The notes below the pieces were generated by a model that saw only the letters and a program-made list of their open reading frames with translations, searched no databases and had not been told where the DNA came from. The position numbers and the translations under genes are program-made. A stretch of 64,000 bases of DNA from Phoronis australis (taxonomy: Eukaryota; Animalia; Phoronida), in NCBI GenBank assembly GCA_002633005.1, contig NMRA01000382.1, forward strand, positions 314,307 through 378,306, read 5' to 3'. Positions 27,101 through 38,097 of the stretch are shown here, piece by piece; within the stretch, counting starts at the first letter, position 1, and each line of letters begins with the position of its first letter.

Positions 27101-30100
27101 GCTGAGGAAGGCCTGCTAACGAAGTGTCGTCACTTCGCACCTGGAAACCAACAAATTTGGTCCTAGTTTGGTCCAAGAAATTTTCCAGATCCTTTTGCCT
27201 GGAATGGGAATAGAGCACTAGATAGTGTTAGCAGCTTTAGTAGTAGTGGCCAAGGTGGTACTAGGTGCAGTGGTGTTGTTGGGGGCAATGCTGATGTTGG
27301 TGGGGGTGGAGATGATGGGGGCAATAATGATGGTGAGGGTGCAGGTAGGAACATGATCAGGCTTTACTACAAAAAAACTACCATAGATGCTGCAAAAGTA
27401 GCAATTTAGTGGCTGGTCACCCAGGTGCTGAGCAATGAATCAAGCAGTTAGTTCTTGTGTGTTGAGTTCATCTCTTTACGGCAATGTTTTTTCTCGGACA
27501 TTAGCCTCGTTTCAGAGCCATCATTTGAAACAATTTTGTTTTTAGTTGTATTCAGAACAGCAAAGGCATGGAAACACAATTTTGAGTCATGCTCGTGGTT
27601 GCGTCTGAAACTGTTACATTACCTGACTTTTGGTGTCCATGGTAACCGTTTGGGCAGCACAGTTACAGGTGAGCCAGGCCGGGGTGTCCCCGGAACAGTA
27701 TCCTCCTCGACCTGCTGTTGGGGGTCTCGCACTAAGTTGTCGTCATCATTCTCTGAGAATGGGTCCTCCATATTGTTCTGCTTGAGGATTCCCTGGATGA
27801 CACATACAGGGCGCTAGTGCATGACAAGAAATATGAGACGGACCTGCATTGGTGCAAACTTTAGGTTAATACGAGATGCAATGTTAGGTTTTAGTCATAT
27901 AACAGCAAAAGGGAAGGCAAATTATGATGGACTTTCAAGGACAGAATACCTTGAATGTGAAAGTTATGAAATGTTTAATCTTGCCGATATCTTTTGACTG
28001 ACAAAACTCATCTAATATTCTAAATTGGCGATTGTAAAGGAGAGTATCTTTAATTTCCTTAACGTCGTGAGGGTGTCTTGCACTTCTGATAGTAAATTTT
28101 TCCTAGCATGTAATGTTTATAGTACCCAGATATAATAACCTAGTTCAAATAAGAGTACCTGCACGTATATTGACTGAAATTATCTGAATAGTTCTACATA
28201 AACATAATAATTGTATATGTTAAAGAAAACATAACACACAAAAAGAAAGGTCAGCTGATGCAGAGCTCAACAAACATTATTTGCATTATTCTCACAATAA
28301 CTGAATTTAATGTAACTATAGAAACAGAAACGTAGCACGCCGAAGAATAACACACTTTGATGAAAGTTGAAGAAAGAATAAATTCAGCCATGAAAGCATC
28401 ACCACGCATCGTATCACAACTATTGGCAAAAACTAGCAAATATACACTAAGCAATTCATAAAAAAACGAGAGACCAATACATATACAATACTGAGAGGTA
28501 TGTAAGGAACGGTCCTTGAGCAACTTAAAGGGATATTCCTTATGTCTGCACTCAAATGCTGGACAAAAGTTTGTCACTTCATCCTGTGAATTATGGGATA
28601 GATCTATCAAATAAACATAGAAAAATCAGGAACCTCAACAGGGAATTGAACCACAGGTCTCCAAATTGTCGGTCTAGTGCTCTTATCACTGAGATAGAGC
28701 TAATTATTTATCTGGGCATGATGTCAGCATCTAATTCCATATTTGCCTTCAGAGGTCACCATAACATGAGTGAGTGGTAAGAATGACCTCCTTATCATGT
28801 GCCAAGTTTAGAAACTTAAGCTGGAAGAGAAGTCTGAGAGCATACCTTCAAGGCCTGAAAGTATATTATTCTTATTCTTAGTGTGTCCAAGCGTTGTTGA
28901 CTCTTTCCATTTTGTTCCTAGTATGATTTAGTCGAATCTTCTAAGCTATCAGTTTAGCAACAATGAGAGCAGTTAGAGAAAAGCGAAATGTTAACAAACA
29001 TAAGCACCTTCACCGCACGAGTCGCCCTTACGTTTCGCCGGGGCTCGTTCTGCGCCAGGATGAGATCTGCGGCAGAGGCAGGGGGCGAGGCAGCCCGCAT
29101 GTTCTTGCACACCTCATGTGTGTCCTCAGTGAGGGGTGGGAGGTCTGCAGCCGCCCTAGCCTCGTTTTGACGTTGATGATGATCGTGTAGGCCACCCAGT
29201 GACACCTGTAGGGGCAGAAGGATGTAATCAACGTTACTTTCAGCCATTTCCGTGGAAATAGATGTAACTAGAGCAGATTGTATTCAAATGTGTATACTAT
29301 CATTACACAACACATGATGTAAAAATTTCAACACACCGCATAGACATGGTAAGTTTTGAAAAAAAACATCAACATGGCAGTTTGTCATAAAATATGTCAA
29401 AACACGTTTTCAAGTTTTGAACACCATTTGCTCTTCTTCAAGAAGAAGCGGGCATTCTAAAACCTACCAATCACAAACCGGATATTGTACAACTCGAAGT
29501 GGATATTGGACAACCCACCAATCACGAGGCGGGTATTGTAAAACCTACCAATCACGAGGTGGATATTCTACAACCCACCAATCACAAAGTTAACTGTCTT
29601 ACCAACACTACTTTCCACAACAAAAGCAGGACTTTCTTCATAGGAAAATGAGGAGCGCTCCCACTACAGAACTTTGTGACCATCCCAAACAGAATAACAG
29701 CCAAGTTAGCATCATCAATGATAGGACGAGCTGGAATTACACATAAATATTATGAGATTTAGACAAAAATCACAACACAAATTTTCAAAAAAACATACCA
29801 GACTCAGTATTAAATGCCCTTTTTTGTATAACCATCTTTTTTCAGTAGACATAAAAGTTACCGTTTTGCACGGACAGGACAAATGGTGAGAACCACCACA
29901 CAAGAATGCTGAAAACTTTAGATTATGGACGACCGATTACGAACACTTCCAAGATTTGGCACACGGCACATAAATGCATTTTGTTTCGGCAAAATAAAAA
30001 CCGTGTTTGCTACACTCATAGTAAAGATTCTACGCTTAAAGAGCCAAGACACCCAGTGTAAGCATGTTTCCAAATGTAAATACAACCACAACATCTCTGA

Positions 30101-33100
30101 GGAAATGCGCGTAAGTGGTGCTACTTTACCAAGCTGCTGTGTGAATGTTTGTCGGGCTTGGATTCTCTCCTCATTATCATCACTATCTTCCACCCTCATC
30201 GTCTCCACCATCGTGTAGAGAATATTTAGGGTCACCCTGTAGCAGATACAAAGACAAGTGCTTAGGGTCACCCTGTAACCGTTAGGGACATATCACATTG
30301 TGTTAAAATGCGACTAAGTCGAGATCCTTATCTAAGCCTCAAAACTGGGAACTGCTGAAATAACTATGACTTACGAACAAGTCTCAAAAATCCCTTTGCC
30401 AGGTAAAATTTCTGATTTATGCAATATTTTAAGTCACTTTTCACGAAACAAACCCATCGAAAGTCTGTCTATTAATTGTAATGACATACAAATTCAAGGT
30501 AGATTCTCTGATAAATATGCTTAAAATATAAAGACATTGGATTAAATGACCAGCCAGAATACTTATGAGTCTTAGAACCAAACAAGATTCCACCTCTGAC
30601 CTTCTTGTCAACAATCGTCAAAATTTACAAGCAAAAATATGTGGCTAATTTCCCAATGATTTTAAAGCCATTTTCTTCACATTTCCTGTCACAATTTTCA
30701 CCATAACTTTAACATAGATACACAAATATTATGCGGTTTACATTTGTTAGCTTGTCAATTTCCAGGCAATAGACTGAAATACAGCAGTTTGAAACAAAAT
30801 CATTTTGAACACCCTGTACACGAAGACCAGAAGAAAGATCTGATGCTCAGAATAAAACTGAACAGTGATATATACCTCAAGTCTGTACTGTCCGCCAGTG
30901 ACACAGCTGGTTTTTTAAGAGCCGAAGAGGTAGCCAAGCCATTTCTAAATAAAAAATGTATTTCACGTTTATAGTCATCTAAACAGGGCCCTCGGTGCCT
31001 TGACTTTAGGGTCGAATGCCTGCCTTGTTCCCGTATAAAAATACTCAAAAACATGCAGAATTCCGCTCATCCTGTCCAAAACATTCCCTTCCATGGATAA
31101 AAAAATACCCTCAAGGAAGGTTAGAATCTCTTCTGTAATGTGTTATCTACAGCTACTTGATACTTGAGGCATTGGCGATGAGAAGCGGTGATTGAGGGGG
31201 CTTCTCCCATCCGGAAAATTCACCTGTGCAAAGATATTGGCAATTTTCCCATCAGCTGAGTGAGGGCCTTGCTAAATGACTTCATAATTCTGACAGACAG
31301 TGATTTGTCTGCTTCGCAACACGTAAAGTATCTTGGAATTAAGTTATTGTAGTACAGACTCCAATTTGGTAAATTCTACAACCCTATCATTCTTACAAAG
31401 GGTGCGACGTGACTGCCCTTCAATGTGTCAGACAACGTGGATTCAGTGGAAGGTGTCAATCAAATAATAAAAATTTGCATCACTACTCATTAACTGTGGA
31501 TAAACCAGTAAAACCTAACAATGGAACATCTATTAAATACTGATGGACATTATCAATTGTCACGAAATGTATTGAAGTACAATGCAACAAACATCTTGAT
31601 TCTGACTTCCTTCACAATTTTCAGAATTTCATTGACAAAGCTAGACAAATTTCAAGGAATTCACCAATGACTTCAAGGAAAAGGACGAATCTTTGGTGTT
31701 GCCCATTTCTAAGCCTATCAGCTGGATTCCTCTCAGCCAATGGACGCACAAGCTTTTCTCACTAAAGCATTTGTTAGGCATGGATTCAAGGTTACAGCCA
31801 CCAAAACAGGGCCCTTAAAGCAGACACACAAACCCCAGCAGGAAGGGTTGAATATCTGATTCTCTATCTAGATCTGCCAATGTTGATTCAGTGTACTCAC
31901 TCCATCTCCATACACAGCAGCTCCACAAATGCCGTGAACGCTTCCAGCTCGAATAGCAGAAACACATTGTGCCTGGTTATCCTCAATTGGTCTGTGTCAG
32001 TTTCACACTCCCCAAACACACCTAACAAAAGAAAGCATTGGTTTGGTCTGTGTCATTTTCACATTCCCCCAATACACCTAATAAGAAAAACCCTTGATTG
32101 GACAGCAACTGTTTCACACTCTCTGAACACACTTAAATGAGAGACTATGATATTGCCTTGCGACTAATTCAAATCCCTCACACACCTAATAAAAGAAAGC
32201 ACACTCATTGGTTGATGTCCGAGTCGCACTTAAGATAAAGAATTGATCAAGAAGCTGATATACATACAGTGTATTCATGACATACAAAGACTCCGCTTAC
32301 CTTGTAATAAGTAGAGAGTTCCCTTCACTGCCTTCATGCGCTCTTCATGATCAGCGCTCTCGATGCGGTCAAGGACATGCAAAATGTAGTCCCTCTGCCT
32401 CTCGTCAGAAGCAGTAATCCACCTGTCCCCCTCTGCAGATGAACACAAGTCAGTGAAGGAAATTTTCGTTTTCACTCTATGAGGTGTACGGTTATCTTTC
32501 AATTATGCAAAATCTGTCGTTTTATTATTTTTTAAAAGATGATTTCTTTACTACAGATAACCGGATTTTCAACAGATGTAGTTTTTGGCTCTTTTGCGAA
32601 CAAACTATGTTTTCAACACATTTAATTAGAATACTCAACTTCATCAATAAATTAAGACACAGAAACTTGCATATATATCTGCTGAACTGAGCTCTCAAGA
32701 GCTCCATGACCAATTTCGAAGATTCAAAGATATTGTGCAGAAATTTAAGAATTCAAACACGAGCAGATAAATTTCACCTACGTGATTAAACAAAATGACT
32801 ATTTCTCAGCTTTGTTTCATGGTGTTGTAGATGATTCACGATTCAAAAAAGTTAGTATCGCATTTGAAAAATCTAAGTGGAAATTGAGATTATCGGTTTC
32901 ATAAGGATGTGACCAAAATGGACATTCTGTGGTAATTTTTGAAATTGGACATTGAATCAAGTTTTTCTCTCTCTTTAATGTGCTAGGAATGAATTGTGCA
33001 TTTTTGAAAACTTCATTCCAATAAACTTGAACATGTGAGAAAACGCATGGTTGGCAGTTGTACTAGAGATTGGTATCAAATACCAGAGACACCTGTTGGA

Positions 33101-36100
33101 TGCAGATTTGGGTGTAATGTGCTAAATAGGGGAAAATTAAAGTAAATTTCACACTTAACTAATACTTTTTAATGATAAAGAATTTATTTTTATGGACAAT
33201 GATGTCGTAGTTATCGATAATGAAGTCTGTGTTCACAGATAGTTGAACCCTGTTGCAACGGGATCTTTATAACATTCTAACAGAAGCTCATTGCAACCTA
33301 GAGAAATGACCGTTACAGTTGAATTGGGATTTGTGAAATGGAACCTCGCATGCTCATTGTAAAATAGTTTGACTGTGTTAACAAATGGAATGTACATCAA
33401 ATCCTTGATTGTAAACAGTGTGTAATTATCGTAAAACCTAACAATTTGTAGAAAACACATAGTGTATGGGTGTCGAAAAAGAGGCCCTCACTAAAATCGC
33501 ACAAATAGCAATTTGATTACAAAATAAACTACACAATGTCAAAATTACACAAGTTTCGAAGCACAAAACTGGAGCTAAACATCTGTCAGTTTTCGACTAA
33601 AACCTAACCCAGTATAAATCTCAACAAAATGTCGCACTGTGACAAATCGTCCCAACTGACTGCGCAAGTCCATTGACCAACAAATAGTTAGCGGGCTATG
33701 CGCAATAATGTCACATTTACTATGACTACAGCTCAACATAGCCAATTTCATTATAACAAAACACCTCCGACAACTAAAGTGCCAAAAATCTGGCAATAAA
33801 TTCATCATAATTTGCTTCGCAGAGTTCTTACAAAGTCTGCCAAGCATTTGATTTTGAAAACTTTAAATTGTCAGCTTGTCTAATAGCATTAAGTAAGTAT
33901 TATTCTCAGTGTACCTGATTTGTAGAAAACAGCTTCAAAACAGTCACGGTTTTGTTGAAACTCAATGTGTTCTGTGTAGCTGTAGAGCTCAGATATCTCT
34001 GTGAAGTATGTGTCAGCATCATCATATACAAACTCAAGGTCGGGTGTCTCACTCATGGTCTGCAACACAAAATAAAGAGTCACACTGAACCTCATTTTCT
34101 GTTAATCTTGGCTTAGGTGACCACGATCTTGCCAGTTCGTGGCAATAATTATCGGTTCGAAAAATACACAGGAGGGTCCCCAGATCACATTTGTTTTTGG
34201 CCAAAACATGAGCACAAACTTTAAAATTAAGGTGCAAGAAACAAAAGACATTTTGATTCGACGTTTCGGTTAATTCACTATAAACCATTCTCAAGACAAA
34301 AGTTCAAATTACTCAATCAGGCGACACAGGTGGAGAACAGACTGTACAGGTACATGTCAAAATGCATTGTGAGGGGAGAGACCAGAAATCAAAACAGTTA
34401 GAGCTCAAATGAACCAGTGTAATGTTTGTATTGGCATAGCGCTCAGCATGATTCAACCATATATGCTTAAAGCATCCTTTAAGAGGAGCCTGAGGGTGGC
34501 ATTATCCTCCTCTAAGATCTGAATTCTTTATATTGAACAAAGATTTCCACCTGACTGCCAGTCAGGTTCCAAGTTCACGCACCATGGACCAGCCTAGGCA
34601 ATTACAGCGCCCTGAATGCCGCAAGCAAACAGGGGCGATAGTACATCTCCATAAAAATTTAGTCATTCAAAATACAGCAAATAAAATCGAATGAAACATG
34701 CATATATGACAGAGAGTTATAGTTAACACATACCTTGACTATGGATACAATTTAGTCAACATAACTTTAACATATCTATGAAAATCTGATCGCGGTTCGG
34801 TCGATTTTCTCTTACTGGGTGCTATATTGAGGAAGTTACGTGAAATCACGCATGTTGAACAAAAAGTCCAAAGGACACAAATTTGATAAATTTCACTTGA
34901 AATCTTCCCGTGCTATTTTGCAAGTGTCACGCACCACGTCACGCCTTCGCTTAGTCTCGCGCTAGCCTTGCCCAACTCACATGACTCAGTTGAAATATTT
35001 TGCGGTTATCGCGTGCACGGTGAAAAAGTTAATGGTGACCAAAAAAGTGGAGTTGGAATTCTTCGTAAAAGTCACCTTAATTTTCATAGGTATGCTTCAT
35101 CGAAGATATGTGTAGAAGCAGAAAGGATCACTGAAGAAAGTAAGCACCTTTTAAAGTAATAGTTTTAAGTGTACAACGTATTTTTGACGAGGTGAAAACT
35201 CTTAATCAGTGAGCGGATTTTGCCTGCCGCCCATTTAAAATACACAGGATGAAATTAGTACAGAAACCTATAGGAAGTATTGCAGCCCCTAACCGGCCAA
35301 CTAACTCTTGTTGCCTAGGACCAGTCCAGCAGCTGGGAACCACATATTCTTCTTCTTCTTGGTTTAAGTGATCACACTCTCTCCAGAGTGTTATGTCACT
35401 GTATCAACAAAAACGAGAACAACTATAACTGGTTTAAAGGGATACATATACATAGTGGACGTCACTTAAGAGGTCGGTTAACATAGCTAGATCGTTAACA
35501 TATAAGGCAGTCAGTAAGCGAGTGCCCCAAATGGAGGCACCCCACTTCAGAAAGGCAGATAGCTTGCTGACAAAGTCAAAGATATCAAGAGAAGGGACTG
35601 ATGTAATTGCAGCCCGGCAAAGCTATTCCAGTGAGTCGGCAACTGTTCTAGGAAAGAATGTCTTTTTCCTGTAATTTTTCCTATTTATCGGAATACTATA
35701 ATTGGACGACCGTCTGGTACAGATGCTCGAGACAGCAAGATCTGTGATAGAAGCAACATCAGAGTTGATGATCACCGACTACTTTATCTTTACTTAAATT
35801 GTATTTGTAAAACATTTTCAGCCGACAGATTTGACTCGCTCTGTCGCCAAAATCCAAATTATGATCCCATGAAGAAATTTATAGACATGAATAATACAGC
35901 AAAAATAACTGCACGGAAATCAATCAAAACAAATTATTTATGTTAACAGGTTTAATACTAACAGCTGAAACTAGCCCAGGCGACTACCAACTGGAGTGGA
36001 AGGTGACAATCAGACTCAGCACTCAGAGGACAAGTTGGCGACAATGACCAGTTGTTTGAGCAAGTATGAGGACATCTCCTGCACTAATGGATGTGATTAC

Positions 36101-36221
36101 ATATTCACATAGTGTTAGTGAGTGAGGATGTCGCAATTACCTCTGAATCCCTCCTTTGACGCCGCAATAATTCACGGAGTTTTGGCAACCCAGCCCGCTT
36201 GCCAGGCCCCCCAACCTCCAT
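18115..36221 (-). CDS. STRIP1: Striatin-interacting protein (STRIP1/2, FAM40, Far11 family; STRIPAK subunit), 19 coding exons, ~785-793 aa
   Basis: Exons: 36141-36221, 33915-34059 ([20 protein letters not shown]), 32301-32432, 31901-32021, 30876-30944, 30130-30236, 29603-29730 ([21 protein letters not shown]), 29008 or 29032-29205, 27623-27792, 27069-27198, 26344-26415, 25877-25951, 25213-25310, 24489-24615, 23869-23969, 23173-23239, 21248-21352 ([27 protein letters not shown]), 19298-19502 ([27 protein letters not shown]), 18115-18365 ([15 protein letters not shown]). These motifs are recognisable as STRIP1/2; introns are GT-AG and in phase. Probably a single co-ortholog of STRIP1 and STRIP2. 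Confidence 0.96.
18896..19297. repeat. ~57-bp degenerate tandem array (~7 units) derived from the STRIP exon-18 3' end plus splice donor
   Basis: Units of the form CTCACCATTTCCAAAGGCCCAATAATTGTTGAGCC start at 19236, 19181, 19127, 19068, 19011, 18953 and 18896. They match the exon boundary CTTAC|CGTTTCCAAAGGCCCAGTCATCGTTGAGTCG at 19293. Confidence 0.85.
19811..21045. mobile_element. Helentron-associated (HINE/DINE-1-like) non-autonomous element in STRIP intron 17
   Basis: Subterminal ACTTGGCGG (19839-19847) echoes the terminal hairpin ACTTGACGGAATTC-GAA-GAATTCCGCCATGAAGT (21010-21043). It has an internal ~165-bp direct repeat (19877-20048 vs 20189-20354), degenerate core repeats, A-rich flanks and no TSD. 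Confidence 0.65.
21447..22967. mobile_element. ~1.5-kb non-autonomous DNA transposon with long imperfect TIRs in STRIP intron 16
   Basis: CAATGGGGCTATTCGGA at 21447 pairs with TCCGGATAGCCCCATTG ending 22967. Inner TGTACTAGTGGTGAT (21491) pairs with ATCACCACTAGTACA (22912). No transposase ORF; there is an n at 22178. Confidence 0.75.
24099..24481. mobile_element. MITE with CATAGATTATAG TIRs and 7-bp TSD GTCTTAC (P-element-like)
   Basis: Perfect 12-bp TIR at 24099-24110 and 24470-24481, extending imperfectly to ~21 bp. GTCTTAC flanks both sides (24092-24098 and 24482-24488). Confidence 0.8.
25367..25514. repeat. 37-bp minisatellite, 4 copies
   Basis: TGTGATATAAAGGTGAGGCAGTACCTTAGTTTGTGAA x4, one substitution. 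Confidence 0.97.
28570..28702 (-). mobile_element. Degenerate tRNA-derived SINE
   Basis: Minus strand has A-box-like TCTCAGTGATAAGAGCA and B-box-like GGTTCAATTCCC, followed by body sequence. Confidence 0.5.
29459..29586. repeat. ~30-bp degenerate tandem repeat containing CCAATCAC
   Basis: AACCYACCAATCACRAGGYGGRTATTGTA-like unit, 4-5 copies. Confidence 0.8.
31987..32200. repeat. ~55-bp degenerate tandem array derived from the STRIP exon-4 5' end plus splice acceptor
   Basis: TTGGTCTGTGTCAGTTTCACACTCCCCAAACACAC|CTAACAAAAGAAAGCA recurs with acceptor-equivalent positions at 32022, 32078, 32133 and 32186. Confidence 0.75.
34250..34301 (-). ncRNA. Minimal type-I hammerhead-like motif of the Penelope-element kind
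   Basis: Minus strand: TTTTGTC-TTGAGAA-T-GGTT(loop)AACC-GAAA-CG-TC-GAATCAAAA. Core variant U3/A8, 4-bp stem II, palindromic minimal stem III, GUC triplet, bulged stem I. Confidence 0.55.
34593..35319. mobile_element. ~730-bp non-autonomous DNA transposon in STRIP intron 1
   Basis: Ends CCTAGGCAA / TTGCCTAGG with ACCAG on both flanks. Subterminal inverted match AGGGGCGATAGTAC / GTATTGCAGCCCCT. Confidence 0.6.
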
Positions 36222-37684
36222 CTTGAATTTCTAAACAGTGACTGTATGAAGCGCCCTCTTTTAAGAAACAATGTTCTCACACTCAACGCTTTATGATTCT
36301 GGGCTTGGCCGCTGACCCATGACGTATCGTTTTACAACTAAATACATGTAAGCTTATGTGATGTAAGATTTAACTGGGAGAATGTTTTGCATGGATGAAG
36401 TCAAAATAATGATAAAAAGATATGCAAAAGCCGTACTGGAAATCAGTAAGGGCAAATTGAAACACGAAATAGGAAATCGTCTTAATTAATGAGGAAATTT
36501 CCAAGCCCTGATGACTGAATGTACGGGTATCAGATATCAAAGCCAAACACTTCTGCTTTTGATAATTTTTTGTCCCCTTTCTCGTAACTTGTCTCTGTTC
36601 CACACTATTTTCAAGCGATTGTCGTTCACTTCCTCGAAATGTCGTTTGGCAGTTATAGTTCCGACCAGACATTCGATAGTCTTCCAACAGTGCCACCGAG
36701 TGCGCAGGGCCTGCACCGTGACACACTGGCCGGTCTTGCCATCTGGTGACTGCTCTAAAATTATTTACCGAGGGTGCACGTTTAACTAGCCCATGCCCAT
36801 GCGCTCATTTCCTGAGATGAGGTGCAGCTGCCCATGCGAATCATTTGAAACCGTAAATTCAAACCCCGCAAGTGATGTTCCGTCAATCGATATAGCCTAT
36901 AGGCTAGTATAAGTTGGCCTTCAGTAGCAGTCACTGAGGAATTTATGGCAGACTTTCATAGCGTCTATAGGCGAAGGACGACTGCATAACCACACTTTTG
37001 GATAGGATATGGTTCCCGCCGGGCGTCTACACTGTAGTTTTCAATGGTTACTAATTTTTCAAGTTTTGGTAGGATGGACCTACGAGTAATGAAAAAAGGG
37101 CACGGTAACCCTCAACAATAAGTTGAAATCTAGACTAGATTTAGAAATCGTAGGCGTGACAAGTTGCCTGGAGTTTACGCCGAACTCAGATTTTTATAAT
37201 TTTTTATTATCAAATTCTGAAAATACTTTTACAGGATAATTAATCCAAAAATAACAGGAGGCATTAATGACGTAATGGCTTCACCAATCAACAGGTTTGT
37301 CAAATCAAGACGCAATTTGAGAATGACTTGTAAGGTTGCTTGTGAAATTACAATACACGTGCGAGAACTCATGCTGAAGGAGCCATTCAACACCTAATGA
37401 GTTGGGTACTACCGATGTTAAAAAATATGTACGAAATAATCAAACAATCCGTGGGACGAAATCACGTCCACGAAATGTTGCTTTTATTCAAGCGAATTGT
37501 TGGACAGTTTGTCTTTTAATCAAACTTGTCAATTCACTCTCATTTCCTCTTTTCCAAGTGCTAGGACACCACTAGCAACACCGAAGGGCAAATTGCACCA
37601 TGTTCCAATCCCTTACCCTGCAAACATAAGGGAATGTTTCCAAAGGAAGAAAATAAACAACTCCACTTTCGACATATAATCCAA

Positions 37685-37690
37685 TTTATT
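37685..37690 (-). promoter_or_regulatory. Candidate UBA1 polyadenylation signal (a second candidate is at 37483-37488)
   Basis: AATAAA on the minus strand ~410 nt after the stop codon. Confidence 0.35.
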
Positions 37691-38097
37691 ACAATAAACA
37701 TCACATGAGTATGCAGCACTTCATAGTCCACTCTACATTGCTTTGCCTTAGGTAAATTATATAATATAAAGAAAAAAAAAAAAAACGAAGATCTAAAGAA
37801 TTCTTGGTTCCCATAACAGTGATTCGCCACATTGCCCATCCTGTATACTTGGGCATCGAGATCGTTTGTCTTGACATTGTCTAAAGGATCTTTACAACAA
37901 TGCAAATGACTTCGATTACAATTTTTTTGTCCTAAGGAAGGAAAACGTTCTCAAAATCACTTTGCGCACTTAAAATCTTTAAACGAGAAAATCTTGGAAA
38001 ATAACTAAATTTTTGTGCAGGTGACAGGTTCTCGAAACCAAGATGGAATCACATCGGAGTTGAATACGTGACGACCACCAGAGGGAGTTATGCATCT

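Noticed and set aside
27163-27354. Proline-rich ORF adjacent to STRIP exon 10
   Set aside because: Low-complexity CCA/CCC-rich intron sequence, out of frame with the STRIP exon.
29400-29445. Second hammerhead-like remnant (minus strand TTGAAGAAGAG...CTTGAAAACGTG)
   Set aside because: Core and cleavage triplet are too degenerate to support.
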